Origin: Synechococcus elongatus PCC 6301
GTDB lineage: Bacteria > Cyanobacteriota > Cyanobacteriia > Synechococcales > Synechococcaceae
Direction of reading: 5' to 3'
Length of the DNA: 32,000 nt
NCBI RefSeq assembly: GCF_000010065.1
Contig: NC_006576.1
Coordinates: 990,001 to 1,022,000 of the forward strand
The notes beneath the pieces were generated by a model. The model saw only the letters and a list, made by a program, of their open reading frames with translations. It had not been told where the DNA came from and searched no databases. The first letter of the stretch is position 1; every line of letters starts with the position of its first letter. Below, in pieces: positions 18,979-28,666 of this stretch. The position numbers and the translations under genes are program-made.

Positions 18979-20157
18979 TTACGAACAGACCGTGACGAAC
19001 AGTTGGAGCAGCCAAGCCTGCTCACCATCATCCGCCCACTCCAGCATTAATTCTTCATTGGGGCTCAGCGATCGCTGTAGCGGTTCCAGCCGTGCCATAA
19101 GGCGATCGAGCACGGTGCGGGGCAAATCACCGGTCGAGTTCGGCATCAAGCTGACAGTTTGGTTCTCCCAACGATAGTGATCGCGGGGCCGAGAACTGCG
19201 ATGGAGATTTTGGCGATCGCCCGGAAGCCCCCAGATATCGACGGTCTGCGATCGCAACATCACCCAGCCGGCATAGCGCGCCAAGGGCGATCGCTGCAGG
19301 ATAATCGCCACGCCACTGCCCACGGGCTGACGCTGGTAGTCGGCCAGAACCACGTAGATAGCCTGACGCAACTCCACCAGATCGCGCACAATCTGACAGT
19401 CCTCGGCCTGAATGCTACCGCCCACAGGTGATGACAGCACTGCCAGCGGTTCCTCGGGGGTCACATCTGCCACCTGCAACAGCCACTCAGGGTCATCGCC
19501 GGGCTGCAAGACCCAGGCTGGAGGCGTCGCGCCACTCTGTTGATGCAACTGCACGAGGTTGTGGGCACGGTGCCCGATGGGAGCTTGGGTTCCCACCAAG
19601 CTGGTCAAATCCCGGATGCCGCGCTCGGGTCGCGAAAAGGCTGTGTCTAAGCCTGGGGAGAGAGGGGTGCTGACCATGACCAACCAGAGCGCCAACAACA
19701 CCGTCAGCGCGACCCGTACCCCATCTTGGCCATGCATCAACGCCGTCACTACCGGAAAGGCTGCGATCGCCAGTGCCCAGCTCCAGCGGCTGTTTTGCAC
19801 CACGATCACACTGACTATCCCCAGCAGTAGGGCGATCGTAGCGGTTGGCCAATCAGCCCAAAAGAAAGCCACCGCGATCGCGGTGAGCAGCGGTTGGCGT
19901 TGACTGAGGTAGCCACCAACACTCAGGGCTAGCAGCGCCAGCAGGTAGAGGGGCGATCGCGCGAGATCTAACCCAGCAGCGATCGCAAAGACCAAACTTC
20001 CCCGCAACAGTGCCAGCAGGGACTGTTGCCAGGGCATCGCTTGGGGGTCTAGCTGCACCACACCCCTCAAGGTCAGTGGTTTTTGACGGGGCAATGCTCC
20101 GATCGCTAGGGCGAGGAGAACAAGAACAACGGCAGAGAAAGGAGGGCTGATGCCCAT
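18979..20157 (-). CDS. Uncharacterised polytopic membrane protein with a C-terminal soluble domain remotely resembling the PPDK_N (PEP/pyruvate-binding ATP-grasp) fold
   Basis: The N-terminal 190 aa or so are hydrophobic, with about 5 predicted TM helices. C-terminal segments line up by eye with E. coli PpsA N-domain motifs. PLAVLSSPVGGS aligns with FAVRSSATAED. VAIILQRSPLARYAGWVML aligns with GVQRMVRSDLASSGVMFT. DIWGLPGD aligns with SAWGLGE. LMLEWADDGEQAWLLQ aligns with MDIEWAKDG..KLFIVQ. It ends 21 nt upstream of the ABC transporter gene. Confidence 0.6.
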   Translation of the reverse strand: MGISPPFSAVVLVLLALAIGALPRQKPLTLRGVVQLDPQAMPWQQSLLALLRGSLVFAIAAGLDLARSPLYLLALLALSVGGYLSQRQPLLTAIAVAFFWADWPTATIALLLGIVSVIVVQNSRWSWALAIAAFPVVTALMHGQDGVRVALTVLLALWLVMVSTPLSPGLDTAFSRPERGIRDLTSLVGTQAPIGHRAHNLVQLHQQSGATPPAWVLQPGDDPEWLLQVADVTPEEPLAVLSSPVGGSIQAEDCQIVRDLVELRQAIYVVLADYQRQPVGSGVAIILQRSPLARYAGWVMLRSQTVDIWGLPGDRQNLHRSSRPRDHYRWENQTVSLMPNSTGDLPRTVLDRLMARLEPLQRSLSPNEELMLEWADDGEQAWLLQLFVTVCS

Positions 20158-20301
20158 AGCAATCTTTGAGCGGAAGAACAGGAGCAGCCAAGCGGCCTTT
20201 CTCCAGCCTAAAGCCCCCGTTTCTGGGCCGTGCGATCGATCGACTTCCTCCAGCCAGAGTCAGCGGGTTGCAGACGGTCCACGGCAGGCGCTGCAGGCAG
20301 T

Positions 20302-21006
20302 CTAGTAGCGGATTTGCAGGGTGACAGAGGCCGTTACATCCTGCTCACCCCCAACGATCGGCACATTGGCGGCACTATCGGCCACCGCAGTGCGCATCTG
20401 GGGCACAGGTCCAGGCGCTGCAGCACTATTGACTTGAATCGTTTGGATCTCCTGGGCGGACAACCCTAGCGATCGCAAAACGATATCGGCTTTCTGGCGA
20501 GCATCAGCCGCCGCCTCGCGTAAGGCCGTCGCTTGAGCCGTCTCGAGTTCAGGGTCTGTAGCAACAAAGCGAATACTGTCGATACGAGTGCTCCCAGACT
20601 TAACCGCCGCATCAATCACCGAACCAGCAGCATTACTGGGGCTACGAAATTGCAGGCTGTAGGTTGCCGTAAACCCATCGGGGATTTGTTGATTGTCGCG
20701 ATAGCGGTAGCGGGGGCTAAGCGTAATTCCCGTGGTGGTCAACTGTTCGACGCGGCGATCGCGCAACAGCTTGACCAAGCTATCGGCACGGCGGGAAACC
20801 TCTGCTTGTGCCGCTTCGGCTGTTGCAGCTTGGACTTCCACCCCGAGATTGACTTCCAACAGCTTGGCAGTCACGGACTCGCGGCCTTGTCCAGTCACAG
20901 TGATCAATCGTTGGGGCGATGGTTCCGTTACGGCAGGGCCGGGCAAGACTAGCAAGGCGGCGGTCGTCAGGGCCAACCAATGCCAAGGCCGTTGTTGACT
21001 CAACAC
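20302..21006 (-). CDS. SIMPL/DUF541-family periplasmic protein
   Basis: GTG start. A signal-peptide-like N-terminus is followed by ITVTGQGRESV...LEVNLGVEVQA.TAEAAQAEVSRRADSLVKLL, typical of the DUF541 (26-kDa periplasmic immunogenic protein) family. Confidence 0.7.
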   Translation of the reverse strand: MLSQQRPWHWLALTTAALLVLPGPAVTEPSPQRLITVTGQGRESVTAKLLEVNLGVEVQAATAEAAQAEVSRRADSLVKLLRDRRVEQLTTTGITLSPRYRYRDNQQIPDGFTATYSLQFRSPSNAAGSVIDAAVKSGSTRIDSIRFVATDPELETAQATALREAAADARQKADIVLRSLGLSAQEIQTIQVNSAAAPGPVPQMRTAVADSAANVPIVGGEQDVTASVTLQIRY

Positions 21007-21083
21007 CAGTTCAATTCCTGCGGCAGTACAACCGTGATCTTGACGCCGACTCAGGGCGAAACGTGCCCATTCGTTTCAAGACT

Positions 21084-21719
21084 TTAGCGATCGCGCCGTG
21101 CCTCCGCAGTGTCCCGTTGCCGGGCCAGCCACCAACGGCGACTTAACCAGACCAGCAGAAGGACTAACAGCAGAGCAGCAACTCCTTTGGAAACCGGGGC
21201 TAACCACTGCTCGACAAGGGCAAAGTTACGCCGAAGTTTGTAGCCGGCCAGCGTCAGCAACAGCACCCAAATCGTGGTACCGAGGGTGGAATAGATCAAA
21301 AACTCCCGCAACCGCATCCGCTCGAAGCCAGCGGGCAGCGAGATCAAGGTACGAATGCCAGGAATCAACCGCCCCCAGAACACGACTTTGCGACCATGAC
21401 GGTTAAACCAACGCCGCGATCGCTGTAGTTCATGAGGGCGGATGCCCAGCCAGCGGCCATGGCGCTCCAGCCAGAGCAGAATCCGGTCTTCACCCAGCCA
21501 GCGGCCGAGGTAATACCAAGGCAAAGCCCCCACCATTGTGCCGACGACACCGGCCACGATCGCAGGGAATAAAGCCAATTGACCTTGAGCAGCGGAATAG
21601 CCGGCCAAAGGCATGATCAGTTCCGACGGGATCGGGGGAAAGAGGTTTTCGAGAAACATCAGCAGACCGATGCCCCAATACCCCAATCTGTCCATCGTCA
21701 TATCGATCCAGCGATCCAC
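21084..21719 (-). CDS. DedA-family membrane protein
   Basis: FLENLFPPIPSELIMPLAGY...GRLIPGIRTLISLPAG matches DedA/SNARE-associated motifs. Start is ambiguous: GTG at 21719 with GGGGGA upstream, or ATG at 21701 or 21695. Confidence 0.8.
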   Translation of the reverse strand: MDRWIDMTMDRLGYWGIGLLMFLENLFPPIPSELIMPLAGYSAAQGQLALFPAIVAGVVGTMVGALPWYYLGRWLGEDRILLWLERHGRWLGIRPHELQRSRRWFNRHGRKVVFWGRLIPGIRTLISLPAGFERMRLREFLIYSTLGTTIWVLLLTLAGYKLRRNFALVEQWLAPVSKGVAALLLVLLLVWLSRRWWLARQRDTAEARRDR

Positions 21720-21771
21720 GATGTTTCCCCCGATTAGATGGCCAAAGGCTTAAACAGACGCCGCACTCAGT

Positions 21772-23055
<1,284 letters not shown>

Positions 23056-23183
23056 TCATGCAATCCTAGTGCGCGGCGACGCTCGGCGCGGGGGCCAAGA
23101 TCTCAATATCCCTTACACCTTATCAGCTCGGTTTCCGCGGGCTAGGCAGAGCTGCCAGAATCGGAGCAGTTAGAGGCGTTGCC

Positions 23184-23561
23184 ATGCTGATTCTCGATCT
23201 GCAAGCGATTACAGACCTCCAATCTCAGCTCGCCGATTGGCCTGCCGCTGTGCGCGCCCTGCAGGAAATTGCCGACTGTGATGGGGCGATCGAGGATGCC
23301 GCAATTAACCTCGCCTTGCAGGCCGGATTGGAGCCCAACACGAGCGATCGCTGGTTGGAGGGTCTAGCCAAACGCTATCGCGCCCAGCTTTGTACAAGGA
23401 TTGCCACGCAGCAACCTCTGAGTGATCACGATCTGCGCCCCTTGCTTGCTGCCTCAGAAGAGAGCGGTTGCCCAGAGCTATTGCGTCTCCCCGTTGCCCT
23501 TTGGGTGCGATCGCTGGGGATTGAGCGCTTTTGCGATCCACTCGCGGAAAAATTGCAGTAG
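23184..23561 (+). CDS. Hypothetical protein, 125 aa, no recognised domain
   Basis: ATG-initiated ORF with host-like composition. It fills the gap between ahcY and hrcA. It contains 4 Cys and looks helical. Confidence 0.5.
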   Translation: MLILDLQAITDLQSQLADWPAAVRALQEIADCDGAIEDAAINLALQAGLEPNTSDRWLEGLAKRYRAQLCTRIATQQPLSDHDLRPLLAASEESGCPELLRLPVALWVRSLGIERFCDPLAEKLQ

Positions 23562-23572
23562 TCTCTCGCAGC

Positions 23573-24634
23573 CTAGGAGGCGATCGCCTCACTCAGGTAG
23601 CTGGCGGTGGCTTCCACCGCTGCTACTGCATTTTCGTAGAGCATGCGGGTCGGGCCGATCAAACTGACACTGCCGACTGGCTGCTGCTCCCGACAGTAGA
23701 AGGCCGACACCAAGCTACAGCTGCGAATCGGTGCTAGAGGCAGCTCGGAGCCAATCCGCACCCGCACCTGATCAGCCGCAGGATCCGCCAGCATCAAGGG
23801 CAGCAACTGCGTCTGTTCACCTTCCAGCAACTCCAACAGCGCCTGTACCTGTTGCAGCTCGTTGAATTCTGGCTGGCGCAACAAGTCCGCTAGGCCACAG
23901 ACCAGCAGGGAGGTCGCTGGGGTTGGTTGCCAGCGCTTTTCCAGATCTTGCAAGCCCTGCTGCAGAATTCCCGCCAGACTTTGCAGCTCCGATCCCAAAA
24001 CAGGCCAATCCAGATTCGCTAAAGCCTGCAGCGATCGCCCTTGCAGTTCTTGATTGAGAAAATTGCTGAGCAATAGCAATTGGCGATCGAGTTGATCGGC
24101 CTCCAGATCCCGATCCAGTTCTGGCAGGGTCAGCAATGCCGACTGGGTTTCGTAGCTGTCATTGACAACAATCAGCAACACCTGATGCGGCGCGATCGCC
24201 ACCAATTGCAGATGCCGCACTTGGAATTCCAAGCCCAGTGGAAAGGTGATTAGGCTGAGATAGCCGCTGAGGCTCGCCAGAATTTGGGCAGCCCCGCGTA
24301 GCAGCGCTTCGAGGCTCTGACGGCGATCGGGCAGTTGTTGACTGAGTTGTTGCTCCGTCTGACGTTGCAGAGCGCGATCGGGCTCCATTAGCTGATCGAC
24401 GTAGAGGCGATAGCCGCCCTCAGAGGGAACCCGACCCGCCGAGGTGTGGGGTTGATAGAGCAAGCCTGCGCGCTCCAACACCCCCATAGCATTACGAATC
24501 GTCGCCGCACTGACGCTGAGACCGTACTGTTCCGCTAATGCCTTAGACCCGACCGGCTCCGCCGTCCGCACATAGTGGCGCACCGTGGCACTGAGAATCG
24601 TTTGTTGGCGGGCCGTAAGCCGAGACACAAGCAT
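23573..24634 (-). CDS. hrcA: Heat-inducible transcription repressor HrcA
   Basis: N-terminal winged helix: LTARQQTILSATVRHYVRTAEPVGSKALAEQYGLSVSAATIRNAMGVLERAGLL.QPHTSAGRVPS..GYRLYVD. This is the canonical HrcA signature. Confidence 0.92.
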   Translation of the reverse strand: MLVSRLTARQQTILSATVRHYVRTAEPVGSKALAEQYGLSVSAATIRNAMGVLERAGLLYQPHTSAGRVPSEGGYRLYVDQLMEPDRALQRQTEQQLSQQLPDRRQSLEALLRGAAQILASLSGYLSLITFPLGLEFQVRHLQLVAIAPHQVLLIVVNDSYETQSALLTLPELDRDLEADQLDRQLLLLSNFLNQELQGRSLQALANLDWPVLGSELQSLAGILQQGLQDLEKRWQPTPATSLLVCGLADLLRQPEFNELQQVQALLELLEGEQTQLLPLMLADPAADQVRVRIGSELPLAPIRSCSLVSAFYCREQQPVGSVSLIGPTRMLYENAVAAVEATASYLSEAIAS

Positions 24635-24691
24635 GAAGAGCGATTGCAGAAGAACGCAGACGAGGTTATAAAACGCTAATCAGTTACCCAT

Positions 24692-25036
24692 TTAGTAGAG
24701 CGGTACCTGCGCATCGACTAGTCGACTGTAGGCATCAATGCCTCCCCGTAGGTTAACGACATGCTCAAAGCCTTGGGTTAGCAACCACTGACACATCTGC
24801 GCCGATCGCATGCCGTGGTGGCAGAGCACGATCGTTTCCTTGCTGCGATCGAGTTCTTGGCCAATGCGATCGACCCATTCTGCTGAGCGGCTGAGGGAAT
24901 AGACGCGGAATCCTGGCAGCGATGCCAACTCCACTTCTGCCGGCTCACGCACATCAATCAGTTGCCAGTCCGGCGCGGGTTGAGCAGCCTGACGCTCCGC
25001 AAAGGTCTGGGGATCGATTTCAGTGAAGTCAGCCAT
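24692..25036 (-). CDS. Single-domain rhodanese-like sulfurtransferase
   Basis: I prefer the ATG at 25036; the track ORF starts at a TTG at 25069. The active-site loop CHHGMRS sits in a context of ...WQLIDVREPAE...IVLCHHGMRSAQ... Confidence 0.8.
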   Translation of the reverse strand: MADFTEIDPQTFAERQAAQPAPDWQLIDVREPAEVELASLPGFRVYSLSRSAEWVDRIGQELDRSKETIVLCHHGMRSAQMCQWLLTQGFEHVVNLRGGIDAYSRLVDAQVPLY

Positions 25037-25196
25037 GGCTTGCTCAGGAGCGATCCAAAAGGGGGACAAAAGCCAGCGCGATCGCCTGACCAGCGGCGAT
25101 TGACGTTCGGTAACGAAGCGCTAGCACTCGTCGTAGTTTACCGAGAAGCCGGAGTCCGTCTGAAATAATTGAGGGCGACCTGCCGCCGCCGACCCT

Positions 25197-26876
25197 ATGA
25201 AGCTGCGTACCTTCTACTTGGCGCTCACAGCCGTTGCTCTTAGCCTGCTGGTCAGTGGGCTAGGGCTCTTTGTTTGGCTGTGGAATGGGAGTCCTCTGCG
25301 TCTACTCAATGGCAGCCGCATCAGCGAACCGGCCGCAGCCGTGTTCGTCCCGAAGCAAGCGCCGTTGATGACCTCGCTGCTAGTGGCACCGCAACGCTTG
25401 CAGGCCCTGAGTCAGGTGGTGACACCGACGCGCCAGCGATCGCAGGTCGATCAGGAATGGCAACAGCTTCAAGAGGCTTTGCTGACGGGCTTTAAGGTCG
25501 ATTTTGCTAACGATATTGCTCCTTGGTTGGGCGACGAAGTCACCTTTGCTGTCACCAGCCTCGATCGCGATCGCGACAGCAGCAATGGCCGTCAACCCGG
25601 CTATCTGGTCGCCTTCTCGACCGCAGACGGTGAACTGGCGCGGCAGGCCCTACAACGCTTCTGGCAAGATCGTGCCGCTACTGGCACGCAGCTCGTTTTT
25701 GAAACCTACAAGGGCGTCAAGCTGATCTACGGCGACTCCGCTTTGGTCGGGCGACGGGTCAAGCCCTTGGCAACTGCCGTCTTTGGCGATCGCTTCCTGC
25801 TGGCCGCCAATGATCCCAAGGTGCTGCGCGAGGCGATCAACAACGCCCAAGTTCCAGATTTGAACCTGCAGCAGTCCGAGTCCTACCAACGTGCGCTCCA
25901 GAGTCTGCAACCACGCCGCTTGGGTCTGCTCTATGCCGATCTCGATAACCTCGGCGACTGGCTGAATGAAAAGGGACTCAGCCGCAAGAGCGAGGAGAGC
26001 GATCGCCGCAACCAATTCCAGGGTCTGACGCTGTCGCTGGCACTGAATAAGGCTGGCATCCTGGCTGACACCGCTTTGATCGCCAAGGAACCGCTGCCCA
26101 GTAGCACCTTTACGAAAAGCGATCGCCCTTCGGCGGCCCTGCGCTATTTACCCGCAGACAGCCGCTTCGCTCTTGGCTCCCAGAACCTCGCAGGGGTCTG
26201 GCAGGAGCTGCAACAACGATTTGGCGACTATCCCGCTTGGCAGGAACTTCAGCAACAACTGCTCGCCACAGTTCAGCAACAGCTCGGGTTGAATCTGCAG
26301 ACGGAGATCATCGACTGGATCGACGGCGACTATGCCCTTGGACAGAGCGGCGATGACTGGATTTTTGCGGTCGATCGCCGTCAGACTGCCGCTAGCAACG
26401 GCATCGAACAGTTGGATGCGATCGCCAGCGATCGCGGCTACACGCCGACCAACATCGACCTCGATGGCCACGAGATCACGGCTTGGACGCAACTGCGCAC
26501 CGGCAGCAAACGCCGCAATCTCCAGATTCAAGCCACAGTACGGGGTGGCCATGGTCGCGATGGTGATTTTGAAGTGTTTGCCACCTCCCTCGATCGCCTT
26601 GCGACAGCACTCGAAGGCCGCGATTCCCTGACGACAAATCCTGACTTCCGCCAAGCCCAGCGCCAACTACCCCAACCCAATCAAGGTGTCCTCTACCTTG
26701 ACTGGCAGGCCAGTGCCCTACCGCTGACGCAACGCTGGCCTGTCTTGCAGCTGATTGCCCTGCCCTTGCAACCCCTGTTGGAGCACGTGCAGGCGATCGC
26801 GATCGCCAGTCCTACCCCTCCCGAAGACAGCACTGACCTGCAGCGACTCTCAATCGAACTGCTGTTGCGGAGCTAG
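25197..26876 (+). CDS. Large N-terminally membrane-anchored hypothetical protein (possibly the cyanobacterial DUF3352 family)
   Basis: 559 aa. One N-terminal TM helix (FYLALTAVALSLLVSGLGLFVWLW) is followed by a large soluble, presumably extracytoplasmic region. The family name is suggested only from remembered length and taxon distribution. Confidence 0.65.
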   Translation: MKLRTFYLALTAVALSLLVSGLGLFVWLWNGSPLRLLNGSRISEPAAAVFVPKQAPLMTSLLVAPQRLQALSQVVTPTRQRSQVDQEWQQLQEALLTGFKVDFANDIAPWLGDEVTFAVTSLDRDRDSSNGRQPGYLVAFSTADGELARQALQRFWQDRAATGTQLVFETYKGVKLIYGDSALVGRRVKPLATAVFGDRFLLAANDPKVLREAINNAQVPDLNLQQSESYQRALQSLQPRRLGLLYADLDNLGDWLNEKGLSRKSEESDRRNQFQGLTLSLALNKAGILADTALIAKEPLPSSTFTKSDRPSAALRYLPADSRFALGSQNLAGVWQELQQRFGDYPAWQELQQQLLATVQQQLGLNLQTEIIDWIDGDYALGQSGDDWIFAVDRRQTAASNGIEQLDAIASDRGYTPTNIDLDGHEITAWTQLRTGSKRRNLQIQATVRGGHGRDGDFEVFATSLDRLATALEGRDSLTTNPDFRQAQRQLPQPNQGVLYLDWQASALPLTQRWPVLQLIALPLQPLLEHVQAIAIASPTPPEDSTDLQRLSIELLLRS

Positions 26877-26879
26877 GCG

Positions 26880-27368
26880 ATGGAACTCTATCTGATCCGC
26901 CATGGCATCGCCGCCGAACGGGGCACCTACGCGGATGATGACCGGCGCCCCCTGACAGCCACGGGAGAACGCCGCAGTCAACGAGTTGCCCAGCGACTGC
27001 TGTCTCTCGGTCTGCATTTCGATGTTCTGCAAACCAGTCCCCTAGTCCGCGCCCACCAAACCGCCGTCATCCTTCAACAAGAGGGGCTGGCTTCCCAAAT
27101 CGCGATCGCCCCAGAATTAGCGCCCGAAGGCAGTCTGACCGCTTGGCTCCGGCGCTTACCGCCCGCCATCTCGGCTGATCAGCGCTGGGCGATCGTGGGC
27201 CATGAACCCGATCTAGGGGTCTGGGCGGAACAGCTGGTCTGGGGATCTGCCCAGGACAAGCTCGTTCTCAAGAAAGCCGGTCTGATCGGTCTGCAATTCC
27301 CAGGCGATCGCCCTGCGATCGGAGCCGGATCCCTCTTCTGGCTAACCCCCCCGCGCCTTCTCCTTTAG
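26880..27368 (+). CDS. sixA: Phosphohistidine phosphatase SixA
   Basis: 162 aa. Has the RHG catalytic motif (LYLIRHGIA) and a second His motif (IVGHEPDL), placing it in histidine phosphatase superfamily branch 1. The ATG lies 3 nt after the upstream stop. Confidence 0.85.
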   Translation: MELYLIRHGIAAERGTYADDDRRPLTATGERRSQRVAQRLLSLGLHFDVLQTSPLVRAHQTAVILQQEGLASQIAIAPELAPEGSLTAWLRRLPPAISADQRWAIVGHEPDLGVWAEQLVWGSAQDKLVLKKAGLIGLQFPGDRPAIGAGSLFWLTPPRLLL

Positions 27369-27481
27369 GGGCACCTGATCAAATTGGCGAAAGACGCGCG
27401 GCAGACCCACCATCAGGTTTCGTGCCTGTTGCGACGAAGATGCACCAGCCAGACTGATAGGGTATTCGGAAGAAAGACTGC

Positions 27482-28663
27482 ATGGGGAAGCCCAGGATTG
27501 CTATGACTGCCGTCAGCGAGTTTCGGCCTGGCCTAGAAGGCGTGCCCGCCACACTCTCGAGCATTAGCTTTGTCGATGGCCAGCGCGGCGTCCTAGAGTA
27601 TCGCGGCATCAGCATCGAGCAACTGGCGCAACAGAGCAGTTTTCTGGAAACCGCCTACCTGTTGATTTGGGGCCATCTACCAACTCAGCAGGAATTGACC
27701 GAGTTCGAGCACGAAATTCGCTACCACCGCCGCATCAAGTTCCGCATCCGGGACATGATGAAATGCTTCCCCGATAGCGGCCATCCTATGGATGCCCTGC
27801 AGGCGAGCGCCGCAGCCCTCGGGTTGTTCTATTCGCGGCGCGCCTTGGATGATCCCGAATACATTCGGGCGGCCGTTGTGCGTTTGCTAGCCAAAATTCC
27901 GACGATGGTGGCTGCCTTCCAGCTGATCCGCAAGGGTAACGACCCAATTCAGCCCCGCGATGAACTGGACTACGCCGCCAACTTTCTCTACATGCTGACG
28001 GAGCGCGAGCCCGATCCAGTCGCAGCTCGGATTTTTGATATTTGCCTCACCCTGCACGCCGAACATACGATCAACGCCTCGACCTTCTCGGCGATGGTCA
28101 CAGCTTCGACCCTGACCGATCCCTACGCTGTCGTTGCTTCTGCCGTTGGCACCTTGGCTGGCCCCCTCCATGGCGGCGCCAATGAAGAAGTGCTGGACAT
28201 GCTGGAGGCGATCGGTTCCGTCGAGAATGTTGAGCCCTACCTCGACCACTGCATTGCCACCAAAACGCGCATTATGGGCTTTGGGCACCGTGTCTACAAA
28301 GTCAAGGATCCGCGGGCAGTCATTCTGCAAAATCTGGCCGAGCAACTGTTCGATATCTTCGGCCATGATCCCTACTACGAAATCGCGGTCGCAGTCGAAA
28401 AGGCAGCAGCCGAGCGACTCAGCCACAAGGGCATTTACCCCAACGTCGATTTCTACTCCGGCTTGGTCTATCGCAAGCTCGGTATTCCTAGCGATCTATT
28501 CACACCGGTGTTTGCGATCGCGCGGGTTGCGGGCTGGCTCGCCCACTGGAAAGAGCAGCTGAACGAAAATCGGATCTTCCGCCCCACTCAGATCTACACG
28601 GGCAGCCACAACCTCGACTACACCCCGATCGCCGATCGGGATTTGGCGATCGAATCTGATTGA
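27482..28663 (+). CDS. gltA: Citrate synthase
   Basis: Signature GFGHRVYKVKDPR plus ...LHAEHTINAST... The start is ATG at 27482, or alternatively ATG at 27503. Confidence 0.92.
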   Translation: MGKPRIAMTAVSEFRPGLEGVPATLSSISFVDGQRGVLEYRGISIEQLAQQSSFLETAYLLIWGHLPTQQELTEFEHEIRYHRRIKFRIRDMMKCFPDSGHPMDALQASAAALGLFYSRRALDDPEYIRAAVVRLLAKIPTMVAAFQLIRKGNDPIQPRDELDYAANFLYMLTEREPDPVAARIFDICLTLHAEHTINASTFSAMVTASTLTDPYAVVASAVGTLAGPLHGGANEEVLDMLEAIGSVENVEPYLDHCIATKTRIMGFGHRVYKVKDPRAVILQNLAEQLFDIFGHDPYYEIAVAVEKAAAERLSHKGIYPNVDFYSGLVYRKLGIPSDLFTPVFAIARVAGWLAHWKEQLNENRIFRPTQIYTGSHNLDYTPIADRDLAIESD

Positions 28664-28666
28664 GGC

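Noticed and set aside
21058-21077. GAAACG-N8-CGTTTC hairpin after the DedA gene
   Set aside because: It is a short 6-bp stem without a U-tract, lying in a 77-nt spacer before the next same-strand gene. This is insufficient to call a terminator.
27373-27417. ACCTGAT...ATCAGGT inverted repeat after sixA, as a terminator or gltA regulatory element
   Set aside because: It is a 7-bp stem with a 31-nt loop and only TTT downstream, which is too weak to call. The nearby GT-N10-AC (27420..27433) fits only the minimal NtcA pattern, not GTA-N8-TAC.
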